Part shown: piece after piece, positions 35,678 to 44,054 of the stretch
Numbering within the stretch: position 1 is the stretch's first letter
Layout: each line of letters opens with the position of its first letter
Assembly (NCBI GenBank): GCA_041577295.1
Contig: JBFGJG010000002.1
Coordinates: 103,039 to 167,038 of the forward strand
Origin: Gemmatimonadales bacterium
GTDB taxonomy: Bacteria; Gemmatimonadota; Gemmatimonadetes; Gemmatimonadales; GWC2-71-9
DNA length: 64,000 bases
Reading direction: 5' to 3'
Notes under the pieces: generated by a model
Database searches by the model: none
Told to the model about the DNA's origin: nothing
The model's input: only the letters and a program-made list of their open reading frames with translations
Program-made: the position numbers and the translations under genes

Positions 35678-36702
35678 GAGCCGAAGCCACCACGGTCAGG
35701 GAGGCCAAGAAACTCGAGCGCCGTGCCTCCCAACAGCCGTTCCTTCACATCCGGTGAGAAGTCGGGCATCGAGTCGATCAAGCGTCCTGGTACGTGCTCT
35801 CCCAGTGGAAACGGATAGTCCGACCCGAGGGCGACTCGCTCGGGTCCAAGCAGGTTGACGAGGTAACGCAGTGCATCGGCATCGTGCACCAGTGAATCGG
35901 TGTAAAACGAGCCGAGGAAGGACCGCGGATTCACCTCACAGTCCACCGCACAAAGGTCGGGGCGGACCTGAAACCCGTGCTCGATGCGTCCGATGGTACC
36001 GGGAAAGGATCCGCCACCGTGGGCAAAGGCGACTCGCAGGTTTGGCAAACGGCGCAGCACACCGCCAAAGATCATGGAACAAATCGCGAGCGCGGTCTCC
36101 GCTGGCATCCCCACGAGCCACGGGAGCCAGTACTTGGGCATCCGATCCTTCCCCATCATGTCCCACGGGTGCACGAACACCGCCGCTCCAAGATCTGCCG
36201 CGCTCTCGAAGACCGGAAACAGCTCCGGCGCATTCAAGTTCCAATCGTTCACGTGACTTCCGATCTCGACACCCGCCAGACCCAAATCATTGACGCATCG
36301 TTCCAGTTCGCGGATCGCGAGCGTCGGCTCCTGCAGCGGCAGCGTTCCGAGACCGACGAAGCGTTTGGGGTGTCGCTGCACGACGTCAGCGATATGGTCG
36401 TTCAGCAGCCTCGAGAGATCGTTGGCGTCGTGGGGTTTCGCCCAGTAGCTGAACATGACCGGCACCGTTGAGAGCACCTGGACGTCGACGCCATGCCTGT
36501 CACATTCCTCTAAGCGGCGCTCAGGTGACCAACAGTTGTCTTTAACTTCGCGAAAGCAGCGATCATCGATCATCACGCGGGCGCGGCCCGGCTGATGATG
36601 GTCCAGACGCACAAACCCCCCATAGCCGTACCGTTCCCGCAGGTCAGGCCAGCGTTCCGGGAGGATGTGCGTATGAAGGTCGATCTTGAGCGGCGTGGAC
36701 AC
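35674..36702 (-). CDS. nbaD: 2-amino-3-carboxymuconate-6-semialdehyde decarboxylase (amidohydrolase_2)
   Basis: Colinear with animal ACMSD as I recall it: KIDLHTHILPERWPDL, STVPVMFSYWAKP, YWLPWLVGMPAETALAICSMIFGGV, FAHGGGSFPGTIGRIEHGF, GSDYPFPLGE. Confidence 0.85.
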   Translation of the reverse strand: MSTPLKIDLHTHILPERWPDLRERYGYGGFVRLDHHQPGRARVMIDDRCFREVKDNCWSPERRLEECDRHGVDVQVLSTVPVMFSYWAKPHDANDLSRLLNDHIADVVQRHPKRFVGLGTLPLQEPTLAIRELERCVNDLGLAGVEIGSHVNDWNLNAPELFPVFESAADLGAAVFVHPWDMMGKDRMPKYWLPWLVGMPAETALAICSMIFGGVLRRLPNLRVAFAHGGGSFPGTIGRIEHGFQVRPDLCAVDCEVNPRSFLGSFYTDSLVHDADALRYLVNLLGPERVALGSDYPFPLGEHVPGRLIDSMPDFSPDVKERLLGGTALEFLGLPDRGGFGS

Positions 36703-36712
36703 CCGCGAGCGC

Positions 36713-37243
36713 TCAGCTCGCCTTTGCAGGGACCGGCACTTGCATGACCGTACCGCAGTGCTTGCAGGTTCTCAGCTTCTCGTCGCTGTAAAAATTCTCG
36801 ATGACCGGCTTGAGTTGCGTACCGAGATCGACCAACTCAAACGACGCGTCATAGAGCAGCTTGTCGCACTTCTCACAATACCACTGGAGATGATCTCGCT
36901 CGCCTGATCGACGCCGACGCTCCACCACTAAGCCGACCGTGTTGGCCGGGCGCTGAGGCGAATGCGGTATTCCGGCCGGCAACAAGAAGATGTCGCCCTC
37001 TTTGATCTTGATGTCGCGCTTCTTTCCATCCTCGATCACGCGAACGGTAATCTCACCCTCGAGCTGATAGAAGAGCTCCTCTCCGTCTTCCACGTGAAAG
37101 TCTTTTCGTTGGTTCGGGCCGCCGACCACCATGACCAAAAAGTCGCTGTCTTGCCAAACCATCTTGTTGCCCACCGGTGGCTTGAGAAACTCCCGGTGGT
37201 CTTCGACCCACTGCCGCAGATTCAGAGCCGTGCGCTGTGTCAT
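36713..37243 (-). CDS. nbaC: 3-hydroxyanthranilate 3,4-dioxygenase (cupin)
   Basis: Cupin motifs FHVEDGEELFYQLEG and IFLLPAGIPHSPQR. C-terminal rubredoxin-like CEKC...CKHC site. Confidence 0.9.
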   Translation of the reverse strand: MTQRTALNLRQWVEDHREFLKPPVGNKMVWQDSDFLVMVVGGPNQRKDFHVEDGEELFYQLEGEITVRVIEDGKKRDIKIKEGDIFLLPAGIPHSPQRPANTVGLVVERRRRSGERDHLQWYCEKCDKLLYDASFELVDLGTQLKPVIENFYSDEKLRTCKHCGTVMQVPVPAKAS

Positions 37244-37266
37244 TGCAACCCCCGCCGTAGTTTTCG

Positions 37267-37282
37267 CGATTCTTTAGAATCG
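37267..37282. promoter_or_regulatory. Perfect palindrome 24-39 nt upstream of the nbaC start codon (candidate operator of the kynurenine operon)
   Basis: CGATTCT-TT-AGAATCG, 7-bp perfect inverted arms. Confidence 0.3.
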
Positions 37283-37485
37283 ATCGACTCGTTGTTTACT
37301 ATCGTTCGGGTGAAGCAGCAAAGCAAGCCAAGAGGGCTGGGGAGCGCTGGTGGGATCGTGGCGAGTGTGGGCCGTGAGGATTTACGTGCGGCAGAGGTGT
37401 TGGGCGGGGGCTATGGACGCACCACACCGTCAGCCCTCAGGAGGGAGTGTGCTAAGGCGCGCTAAGGGCTGACGGACTGGTACGG

Positions 37486-37704
37486 TTATGCGGTGGCCCT
37501 GCCAGTTCCCCGGCAGTAGACGCAGCTGCTGGCGGCCGTCGAGTCAAAGCCAAAAGGCCCGCCAGACCCCCGCCCGCCGCAGAACGGACAGGGTTCGCTG
37601 CGATGGGCCCGCAGCTCTGCTAGCTCTCGCCCCAGATCCACCCGCTTGCGATCCTCGAGACAAGGACCGTCATGATCTGAGTAGCAGCGATCACACCACG
37701 CCAT
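37486..37704 (-). CDS. 72-aa Cys-rich mini-protein with DnaJ-type zinc-finger motifs
   Basis: MAWCDRC..., CPFCGGRG and CVYCRGTG (CxxCxGxG twice, plus an N-terminal CxxC). AGGAGG lies 5 nt upstream of ATG 37704. Confidence 0.45.
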   Translation of the reverse strand: MAWCDRCYSDHDGPCLEDRKRVDLGRELAELRAHRSEPCPFCGGRGSGGPFGFDSTAASSCVYCRGTGRATA

Positions 37705-38077
37705 ACGGACCTCCTGTGCGGAGCGAAACCACCCTCCTTGCATCCGCGACTACCACGTCTGCAGTCGGATACGGGCAATTTCCGGGCCTGATTACCGAAG
37801 GTCGAACGAGTGGGGCGACGGCTTTGCGCCGCGTGTCTCCTGGATCCTTTCACGTTGCTCCCCGGCGACATATGGAGACCGGTTACCACGCCGACGCTTG
37901 GGAGTTGATCGCGGGGGCGGTAGCTTTTCCACCAATTGTTGCGTCGGAGATTGGAGATGCGCTGCGCCTCACCGTGCTCGTGCGAGCCACCGTGACGCTG
38001 ACCGTGGCAGCTGCCCCGCACTCATCGGTCACGATTCGCGAGTGGGCCGTTTCGGGGGAAGACTCGCGCTCGATACC

Positions 38078-38665
38078 ATGACTCACGAGGGCATCCGATC
38101 CGGCATCCTCTGCTGCGCGCTGCTCATTTCGTGGGCGGCAGCAAAGGGCACCGCGCCCGGATATCGAGACGGTCCTCCCCTCGCCCACACCGGCGGGTTT
38201 GGCGAGCCCACCTGCCTCGAGTGTCACTTCGACCTCCCGGTGAACGATCCCGCAACCCGCCTCCTCGTCACCGGCGTTCCCGACGCCTACGAATCGGGAC
38301 AACGCTATCCGATCAGGCTCACGCTGCACCGGGCGATGCTTGGCCGCGGCGGATTTCAGCTCGCCGTCCGCTACAGCGAGCCCGCCGGGCTGGCCGGAAA
38401 GCAAGCCGGCACGCTCCGTTCCTCGAACGCGGACGTTCAGGTGCTACCGGATTCTGGCACTGGCGTGTCATACGCGCAGCACACGGAGATTGGCACGCGA
38501 CCAACCAATGACACGGTCTCCTGGGCCGTGGAGTGGGTGGCGCCAACGGGACCATCACGAGGCAGGGTCGTGTTTCATTTGACGGCCAACGCCGCCAACG
38601 ACGACGCCTCGGAGTTTGGCGATTACATCCTAGTCCGGCGTCTGTTCTCAGCTCGCCGGGACTGA
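38078..38665 (+). CDS. Secreted protein of unknown function with an N-terminal HTGGFGEPTCLECH (CxxCH) motif and an all-beta (Reeler/DOMON-like?) body
   Basis: Signal peptide ILCCALLISWAAA. One CxxCH motif. Then beta-rich segments GQRYPIRLTL, GGFQLAVRY, SWAVEWVAP, VVFHLTANAAN. The tracked upstream extension (37898) was rejected in favour of ATG 38078. Confidence 0.5.
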   Translation: MTHEGIRSGILCCALLISWAAAKGTAPGYRDGPPLAHTGGFGEPTCLECHFDLPVNDPATRLLVTGVPDAYESGQRYPIRLTLHRAMLGRGGFQLAVRYSEPAGLAGKQAGTLRSSNADVQVLPDSGTGVSYAQHTEIGTRPTNDTVSWAVEWVAPTGPSRGRVVFHLTANAANDDASEFGDYILVRRLFSARRD

Positions 38666-38686
38666 CCGCGGCGCATCCTCGACCTG

Positions 38687-38899
38687 TTACCGATGTCCTT
38701 CCACCGTGAATGAGATCTTGGCATTCACGCGATACTGCTCGATCTTGTCCCCGTTGACCGTGCACGAAAAGTTGTCGATCCAAACGGACTTGATGCCTTT
38801 GACGGTCTTGGCTGCCTCTTTGACCGCATTCTGCGTTGCGTCGTCAAAGCTCTTATTGGACTGAGCGATGACCTCGATGACCTTCACAATGCTGCCCAT
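38687..38899 (-). CDS. Dodecin-family flavin-binding protein
   Basis: 70 aa: SIVKVIEVIAQSNKSFDDATQNAVKEAAKTVKGIKSVWIDNFSCTVNGDKIEQYRVNAKISFTVE. This is the beta-alpha-beta-beta dodecin pattern. Confidence 0.7.
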   Translation of the reverse strand: MGSIVKVIEVIAQSNKSFDDATQNAVKEAAKTVKGIKSVWIDNFSCTVNGDKIEQYRVNAKISFTVEGHR

Positions 38900-38989
38900 G
38901 CCCTGGACCTCCCGGAGTAGCGGTGTGTGTGAACCGTGAATCTCGGGACTCCCGCGTGAAGCCCGGCTGATCCACGGTTATGATTGCCT

Positions 38990-41497
38990 TCAGGAAGTTT
39001 CACGTGGGTCTGGTGTGCGCAACCTCCCCCAAATCATCCCACTGAACAGTTCTGCGAATCCCCACGTGACCACGATGCTGACACCGACCCAGAGCCAGGA
39101 CGTCATTGTGAGCGGTACCGCGTCGAACGCCTGCATCAGCCAGGGCACGGCGAGCACGAGCACCTGTACCGCGAAGCCTGCAGCGACAGCGAGATGCACG
39201 AGCATATTGGGTGACGGACGAAGGTCCGTGTGCCGGGCCGGATACGCAAAGAGCAACTGTCCGGCGGCCAGAAACAGAAAGGTTGCGGTACGGGTCGCAT
39301 CGAGCGATTCCCGGAGAAGGATGGGGAACAATCCCAGGATCGCGAACGCCGTCAGCGCTTTGACGACGCCCGACAGCAATATGAATCGCAACGAGGGAAG
39401 GTCGAGTAGTGGGGATTCCGGGTCCCGTGGGCGGCGTTGCATCACTCCGGGGTTACGATCGATGCCCAGGGCGAGCGCGGGGGCGCCATCGGTTACGAGG
39501 TTGATCCACAGCAGCTGTGCGGCGGTGAGCGGGAGTAGCAGATTACCGCTCGGGTCTCGCAAATCCAACAGAAACGACGCAAAGGCGCCGATCGTCACCA
39601 CCAGGACCTCGGACAGATTGGTCGAGAAGAGGAATCTGATGAACTTCTGAATGTTCTCGTAGATGCTGCGACCCTCCTCGATCGCCGATACGATCGTGGC
39701 GAAGTTGTCATCCAACAGCACGAGGTCAGCGACTTCCCGGGTCACATCGCTGCCACGTAGGCCCATTGCCACGCCGACATCGGACCGCTTGAGTGCGGGA
39801 GCGTCGTTGACGCCATCACCGGTCATCGCCACGATGGCGCCGTTCGATTTCAGCGCTTCGACAATTCGGAGTTTGTGATCGGGACCAACCCGCGCGAACA
39901 CTTGCGCGGTATGAATGGCCCGATCGAACTCTGCGGCCGTCATGCTTTCCATTTCGGCCCCGGTGATAACGGACGCGCTCTCGAGGCCAACCGTGCGTGC
40001 GACCGTCCGCGCCGTCTGCGGGTGATCACCCGTCACCATGAGCACACGGATCCCGGCCTCCTGGGCGCGACGCACGGCATCCGGCACCTCTGCCCTCGGT
40101 GGGTCCCACAAGAGGACCACGCCCAACCAGCGGAGGCCGGCTTCCGTCTCACCATCTCCCCACGCCAAGGCGAGCAGACGGTATCCCTCTGCCGCCGAGG
40201 TCTCGATGGTCTTGGTCCAGGTGGCACGTTCCTCAGCCGAAAGCTCGCATCGCGCGAGGATAATCTCGGGGGCACCCTTCAGATAGCTCACCGTCTGGCC
40301 ACGCTCGATGCCCGTGACGCGCATGAACTTCCATGACGAATCGAACGGGCGCGCAGAAACCCGCGTGAAGCTCGCCCGTACCGCCCGCGGATCACCATGA
40401 TGAGTTTGCGCGTGCCGGAGCAGTGCCACATCCAGAGGATCCCCAGCACCCGTGTCCAGCTCTGCTTCGTTTGCCAGAGCGAGAGCGCGCCGCATCCGAT
40501 CGGGATCGGGTGAATCCACGCGGCGGACGTCGAGTCGATTCTCGGTCAGGGTCCCGGTCTTGTCCGTCGCGATGACGGTCACGGAGCCTAGCGCCTCCAC
40601 GGCGGCTAAGCGGCGAACCACCGCCTTGCGACGCGCCATTCGTTCGACTCCGAGGGCCAGGGTTACCGTGAGCACAGCCGGAAGTCCCTCGGGAACTGCA
40701 GCAACGGCGAGCGCGACCGCAAAGAGGAGGACGTGGCCAGCTCTCGACACGCCCTCAACGAAGACTCCGCCCACTGCGATCAAAAGCGCGAGCGCGACGA
40801 TCCACCGTGCAACCCGGTGCCCGAACGATTCCAAACGTCGCTCCAAGGGCGTGCGTTCGGTGGGCACTTCGCCCAACATCGTCGCGAGTCGTCCCATCGC
40901 ACTCTGCGTACCGGTGCGGGAAACCTCCAGGTACGCCTTCCCTCGTACGACGAGCGTCCCCGAAAAGACCTCGTCGCCCACGATCTTTTCCAACGGGAGG
41001 GACTCACCGGTGAGGATTGATTCATCGACTGAGAGATTATCGGCTGTCTGCGCCGCCGCGTCTGCCGGCACGCGATCGCCCGCCTCGACCCGGATCACGT
41101 CCCCCGGCGCGAGCTCAATGCTCGGCAAGCGCACCAGCCGCCCGTCTCGGATCGTCCAGACTTGCGGTGCGGCGAGTTGCTTGAGTTTCTCCAGAGCACT
41201 TTCGGCTTTGCGTTCCTGCCAAACGCCGAGGGCGGCGTTGAGAAGCAGGATCATTCCAATCGCTGCGGCTTCCAGGGGGGTGCCCGGGCGCCCTGCCGTG
41301 AACCAGACGGCAAGGTCCACGATGAGCGCGAATAACAGGATGTAGATGAGCGGACTCTTGAACTGGTGGGCAAACCGTCGCCACAGAGGATCCGGCGCCG
41401 ATTCGGGGAGGGCGTTCGGGCCGAACTCTTGCAACCGTCGGGAAGCTTCGGCGGAGGACAGGCCCCTCTGTGGCCCCACCACGCCCGGAACGGTCAT
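38990..41497 (-). CDS. P-type ATPase, type II (Ca2+/cation-transporting, CtpF/SERCA-like)
   Basis: Phosphorylation site DKTGTLTENR, MVTGDHPQTA, hinge TGDGVNDAPALK, and about 10 TM segments. Confidence 0.9.
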   Translation of the reverse strand: MTVPGVVGPQRGLSSAEASRRLQEFGPNALPESAPDPLWRRFAHQFKSPLIYILLFALIVDLAVWFTAGRPGTPLEAAAIGMILLLNAALGVWQERKAESALEKLKQLAAPQVWTIRDGRLVRLPSIELAPGDVIRVEAGDRVPADAAAQTADNLSVDESILTGESLPLEKIVGDEVFSGTLVVRGKAYLEVSRTGTQSAMGRLATMLGEVPTERTPLERRLESFGHRVARWIVALALLIAVGGVFVEGVSRAGHVLLFAVALAVAAVPEGLPAVLTVTLALGVERMARRKAVVRRLAAVEALGSVTVIATDKTGTLTENRLDVRRVDSPDPDRMRRALALANEAELDTGAGDPLDVALLRHAQTHHGDPRAVRASFTRVSARPFDSSWKFMRVTGIERGQTVSYLKGAPEIILARCELSAEERATWTKTIETSAAEGYRLLALAWGDGETEAGLRWLGVVLLWDPPRAEVPDAVRRAQEAGIRVLMVTGDHPQTARTVARTVGLESASVITGAEMESMTAAEFDRAIHTAQVFARVGPDHKLRIVEALKSNGAIVAMTGDGVNDAPALKRSDVGVAMGLRGSDVTREVADLVLLDDNFATIVSAIEEGRSIYENIQKFIRFLFSTNLSEVLVVTIGAFASFLLDLRDPSGNLLLPLTAAQLLWINLVTDGAPALALGIDRNPGVMQRRPRDPESPLLDLPSLRFILLSGVVKALTAFAILGLFPILLRESLDATRTATFLFLAAGQLLFAYPARHTDLRPSPNMLVHLAVAAGFAVQVLVLAVPWLMQAFDAVPLTMTSWLWVGVSIVVTWGFAELFSGMIWGRLRTPDPRETS

Positions 41498-41507
41498 GCT
41501 CGCGGCT

Positions 41508-42503
41508 TCAGAGACTGGTGACGCGGTACACGCCGTACAGCCCCGCGAGGTACGCGAGAATCATAAAGACGGGTCCCGGTTCGACGATCCAAAGACGACG
41601 CTCCGACTTGTTCATCACGTCGAGCATAGCAAGCGTCATGAGCACCACGCCCACCAATCCGCCAACGGCCAGACCGGGATCGATCGTTGCCAACATCGAT
41701 CCCGGACCCTGCACGAGATCGAGTGGTACCAACGCCGCCATGTTGAAGCAGTTGCTCCCTAAGAGATTCCCCACCGCCAAGTTGTAGGCTCCGGCGCGAA
41801 CGCTGCCGTACGAGACCGCCGCCTCCGGTAGCGAGGTCGTGAGAGCCAGCAGGAGCATCCCCGCGATTCCCTGAGACATGTTCAGTTGGTCCGCGAGGGC
41901 GGCGGCAGATGCAGCCAGTGAGGGTGCGGCGACGAGCACGACGATCGTCGCAAAGCCAAACCCGATGAAGGCTTGTTGAATCGATCTCATGGGTCGACGG
42001 GCCGCCGCAACTTCGGCGGGCGTTCTGAACGGTGGCTCTGTACGATTCCTGTGGATGAGACGCATGCCGGTGACATACCCGAATCCGATCACCAGCGTGG
42101 ACCACCCGAGGGGGAATGCGCCGAGACGGCGACCCGCGAGCACCCCGAGGACTGCAACCACCGTGAGAAGCACCGCGAGTATTCCCACAAGGACTTGATT
42201 CACCGCCACGCGCAGAAGCAACCGCGGCTGTCGGGTAAGTAGATCCGCGATGGCGAGGATCAGCATGTTCGCCATACTGGATCCAAACAGATCGCCGACA
42301 GCTAGCGCGGTGTTACCCTGAAGAACGGCATTGAAATCGGTGGCGAGTTCGGGGAGTGACGTCGCCGCCGCGATGAGAATGGCTCCGACCCATACTCCGC
42401 CCAGCCCAGTGTGTTTCGCGATGGCGTCTCCATCCCTGGCCAAGCGAACACCCGCGAGCGCGACGGCTGCCGCACTGACGACAAACGTTAGCCACGCTGG
42501 CAT
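41508..42503 (-). CDS. CaCA-family cation/Ca2+ exchanger (YrbG-like)
   Basis: Two alpha-repeats, AATSLPELATD and LTTSLPEAAVS, and about 10 TM segments. Confidence 0.8.
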   Translation of the reverse strand: MPAWLTFVVSAAAVALAGVRLARDGDAIAKHTGLGGVWVGAILIAAATSLPELATDFNAVLQGNTALAVGDLFGSSMANMLILAIADLLTRQPRLLLRVAVNQVLVGILAVLLTVVAVLGVLAGRRLGAFPLGWSTLVIGFGYVTGMRLIHRNRTEPPFRTPAEVAAARRPMRSIQQAFIGFGFATIVVLVAAPSLAASAAALADQLNMSQGIAGMLLLALTTSLPEAAVSYGSVRAGAYNLAVGNLLGSNCFNMAALVPLDLVQGPGSMLATIDPGLAVGGLVGVVLMTLAMLDVMNKSERRLWIVEPGPVFMILAYLAGLYGVYRVTSL

Positions 42504-42566
42504 GCGCCGCTGCCTGGGCGAGGCCGCTCGGAGGGGTTGTAACCAATACTGTGGATCAAGCGGTGC

Positions 42567-43103
42567 TCATTTCAGCGGGATCACCGTCGATGCCTGTGGT
42601 CCTTTCTCTCCCTCTTCGGGCACGTAACGAACAGCCGCTCCCACCGCGAGCCTCCCGAACCCTCCGTCGAGGACACTCCGAGCGTCGAAGTAAACGGAAT
42701 CGCCCTCCGGCGTCTCGAGAAATCCGTACTCACCCAATGGGTAGAGCTCGCGGACTCGCGCGACGGGCTGTGGTGATTCGTGCTCCTTCACCTCTCGCCG
42801 TCGTCGTGCGGCATGCTTTCGCAGCTGGCGTTCTGCGGCATTGAAGGCTTGTTGAATGGCGGAGAGCAGCGTTTCACCACGCTTCCGGCCAACGAACAAC
42901 TCACCTCCCGGGACGGTCATATCGATCCGAACGGAATACGCAAGCCCACTTCTTCGATGGCGGTGTGGAAGTTCAACCGCAACACGGCAGCTCACGAGCC
43001 GATCGTACAACTCCACGAGCTTCGCAACCCGATCACGGATGGCGGCCTCGTCCGAGTCGGCGAGTTGAACATTCCGTGCGGCGATTTCCAGTGGGACGTT
43101 CAT
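42567..43103 (-). CDS. HPF/RaiA-like ribosome-associated domain fused to a C-terminal cold-shock (CSD/OB) domain
   Basis: N-terminal half MNVPLEIAARNVQL...AIRDRVAKL...VRIDMTVPGGELFV...LLSAIQQAFNAAERQLRK. C-terminal half EYGFLETPEGDSVYFDARSVLDGGFGRLAVGAAVRYVPEEGEKGPQAS. Start set at the ATG giving MNVPLEI. Confidence 0.7.
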   Translation of the reverse strand: MNVPLEIAARNVQLADSDEAAIRDRVAKLVELYDRLVSCRVAVELPHRHRRSGLAYSVRIDMTVPGGELFVGRKRGETLLSAIQQAFNAAERQLRKHAARRRREVKEHESPQPVARVRELYPLGEYGFLETPEGDSVYFDARSVLDGGFGRLAVGAAVRYVPEEGEKGPQASTVIPLK

Positions 43104-43180
43104 TCGCGTCACCTTTCGTTCGCGGGTAGTGGCATCATCGAGAATCACAGACTGGAGTAGAGGATGCGAGACGCCAGCGC

Positions 43181-43846
43181 CTAACGGCTACTTATCGTCT
43201 GCTTCGTTTGGCCGCGTTGCAGGAGACGGCACACTTCTTCGTCCGTCGTCTGCGTGAAGTCGTCGTAAAAGGTTCCCACGGCCGGGAAGGCTTCTGGGGT
43301 CGCCAGGCATACGAAGGCATCCGCTGTGCGCTCGAGGTTCTCGCGCGCTTGCATGGCCGCCACCGGCGTAGCCACCACCACCTCGCGTGCCCCCCTTTGC
43401 CGCACCGCTTTCACCGCCGCGAGCATCGTGCTTCCGGTGGCGATGCCATCATCGATCAGAATGACCCGCCGTCCGAGCACCTCGACTGGCGGTCGATCAC
43501 CGCGGAACAGCGCGGCGCGACGCGTCACTTCCATGCGCTCTCTACGAATCGCGTCGTCGATGTATAGCCGAGATACGCGCAGCAGGTCGATCACTTCACG
43601 GTTGAGAATCACGACATCGCTCGTGACCGCACCGACAGCCAGCTCCGGTTGCTGCGGCGCGCCGAGCTTCCGTACGACGAGGACGTCGAGGGGGGTGTCG
43701 AGAGCGTGAGCAACTTCATACGCCACCGGCACTCCGCCGCGCGCGAGACCGAGCACGACCGTGTCGGAGCCCTGGTACTGCATGAGTGCCCGAGACAGGT
43801 GACGCCCCGCCTCGCATCGGTCCGCAAACGTTACACTCGTTCGCAT
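43181..43846 (-). CDS. Phosphoribosyltransferase-domain protein
   Basis: PRPP-binding motif RRVILIDDGIATGSTM. 221 aa. Confidence 0.75.
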   Translation of the reverse strand: MRTSVTFADRCEAGRHLSRALMQYQGSDTVVLGLARGGVPVAYEVAHALDTPLDVLVVRKLGAPQQPELAVGAVTSDVVILNREVIDLLRVSRLYIDDAIRRERMEVTRRAALFRGDRPPVEVLGRRVILIDDGIATGSTMLAAVKAVRQRGAREVVVATPVAAMQARENLERTADAFVCLATPEAFPAVGTFYDDFTQTTDEEVCRLLQRGQTKQTISSR

Positions 43847-44054
43847 GGCACACCTCCCAGGCTCCTGCTGGTGCCATCAAATAATGAGTAAGGGCTCGTG
43901 AAGGCGCCGTGAAGGGGCTCGCAACACCCACTCAAACCGCTTACTGAACCTTTTTTCACACACCTTTTGCCTTGTTCACCAGGTTGCCCAGCTACACATA
44001 ATTTGGGCCGCGCCCTGAGCGCGCGCACCCTGCTTCTTCCAGAGAGAGCTGTCG

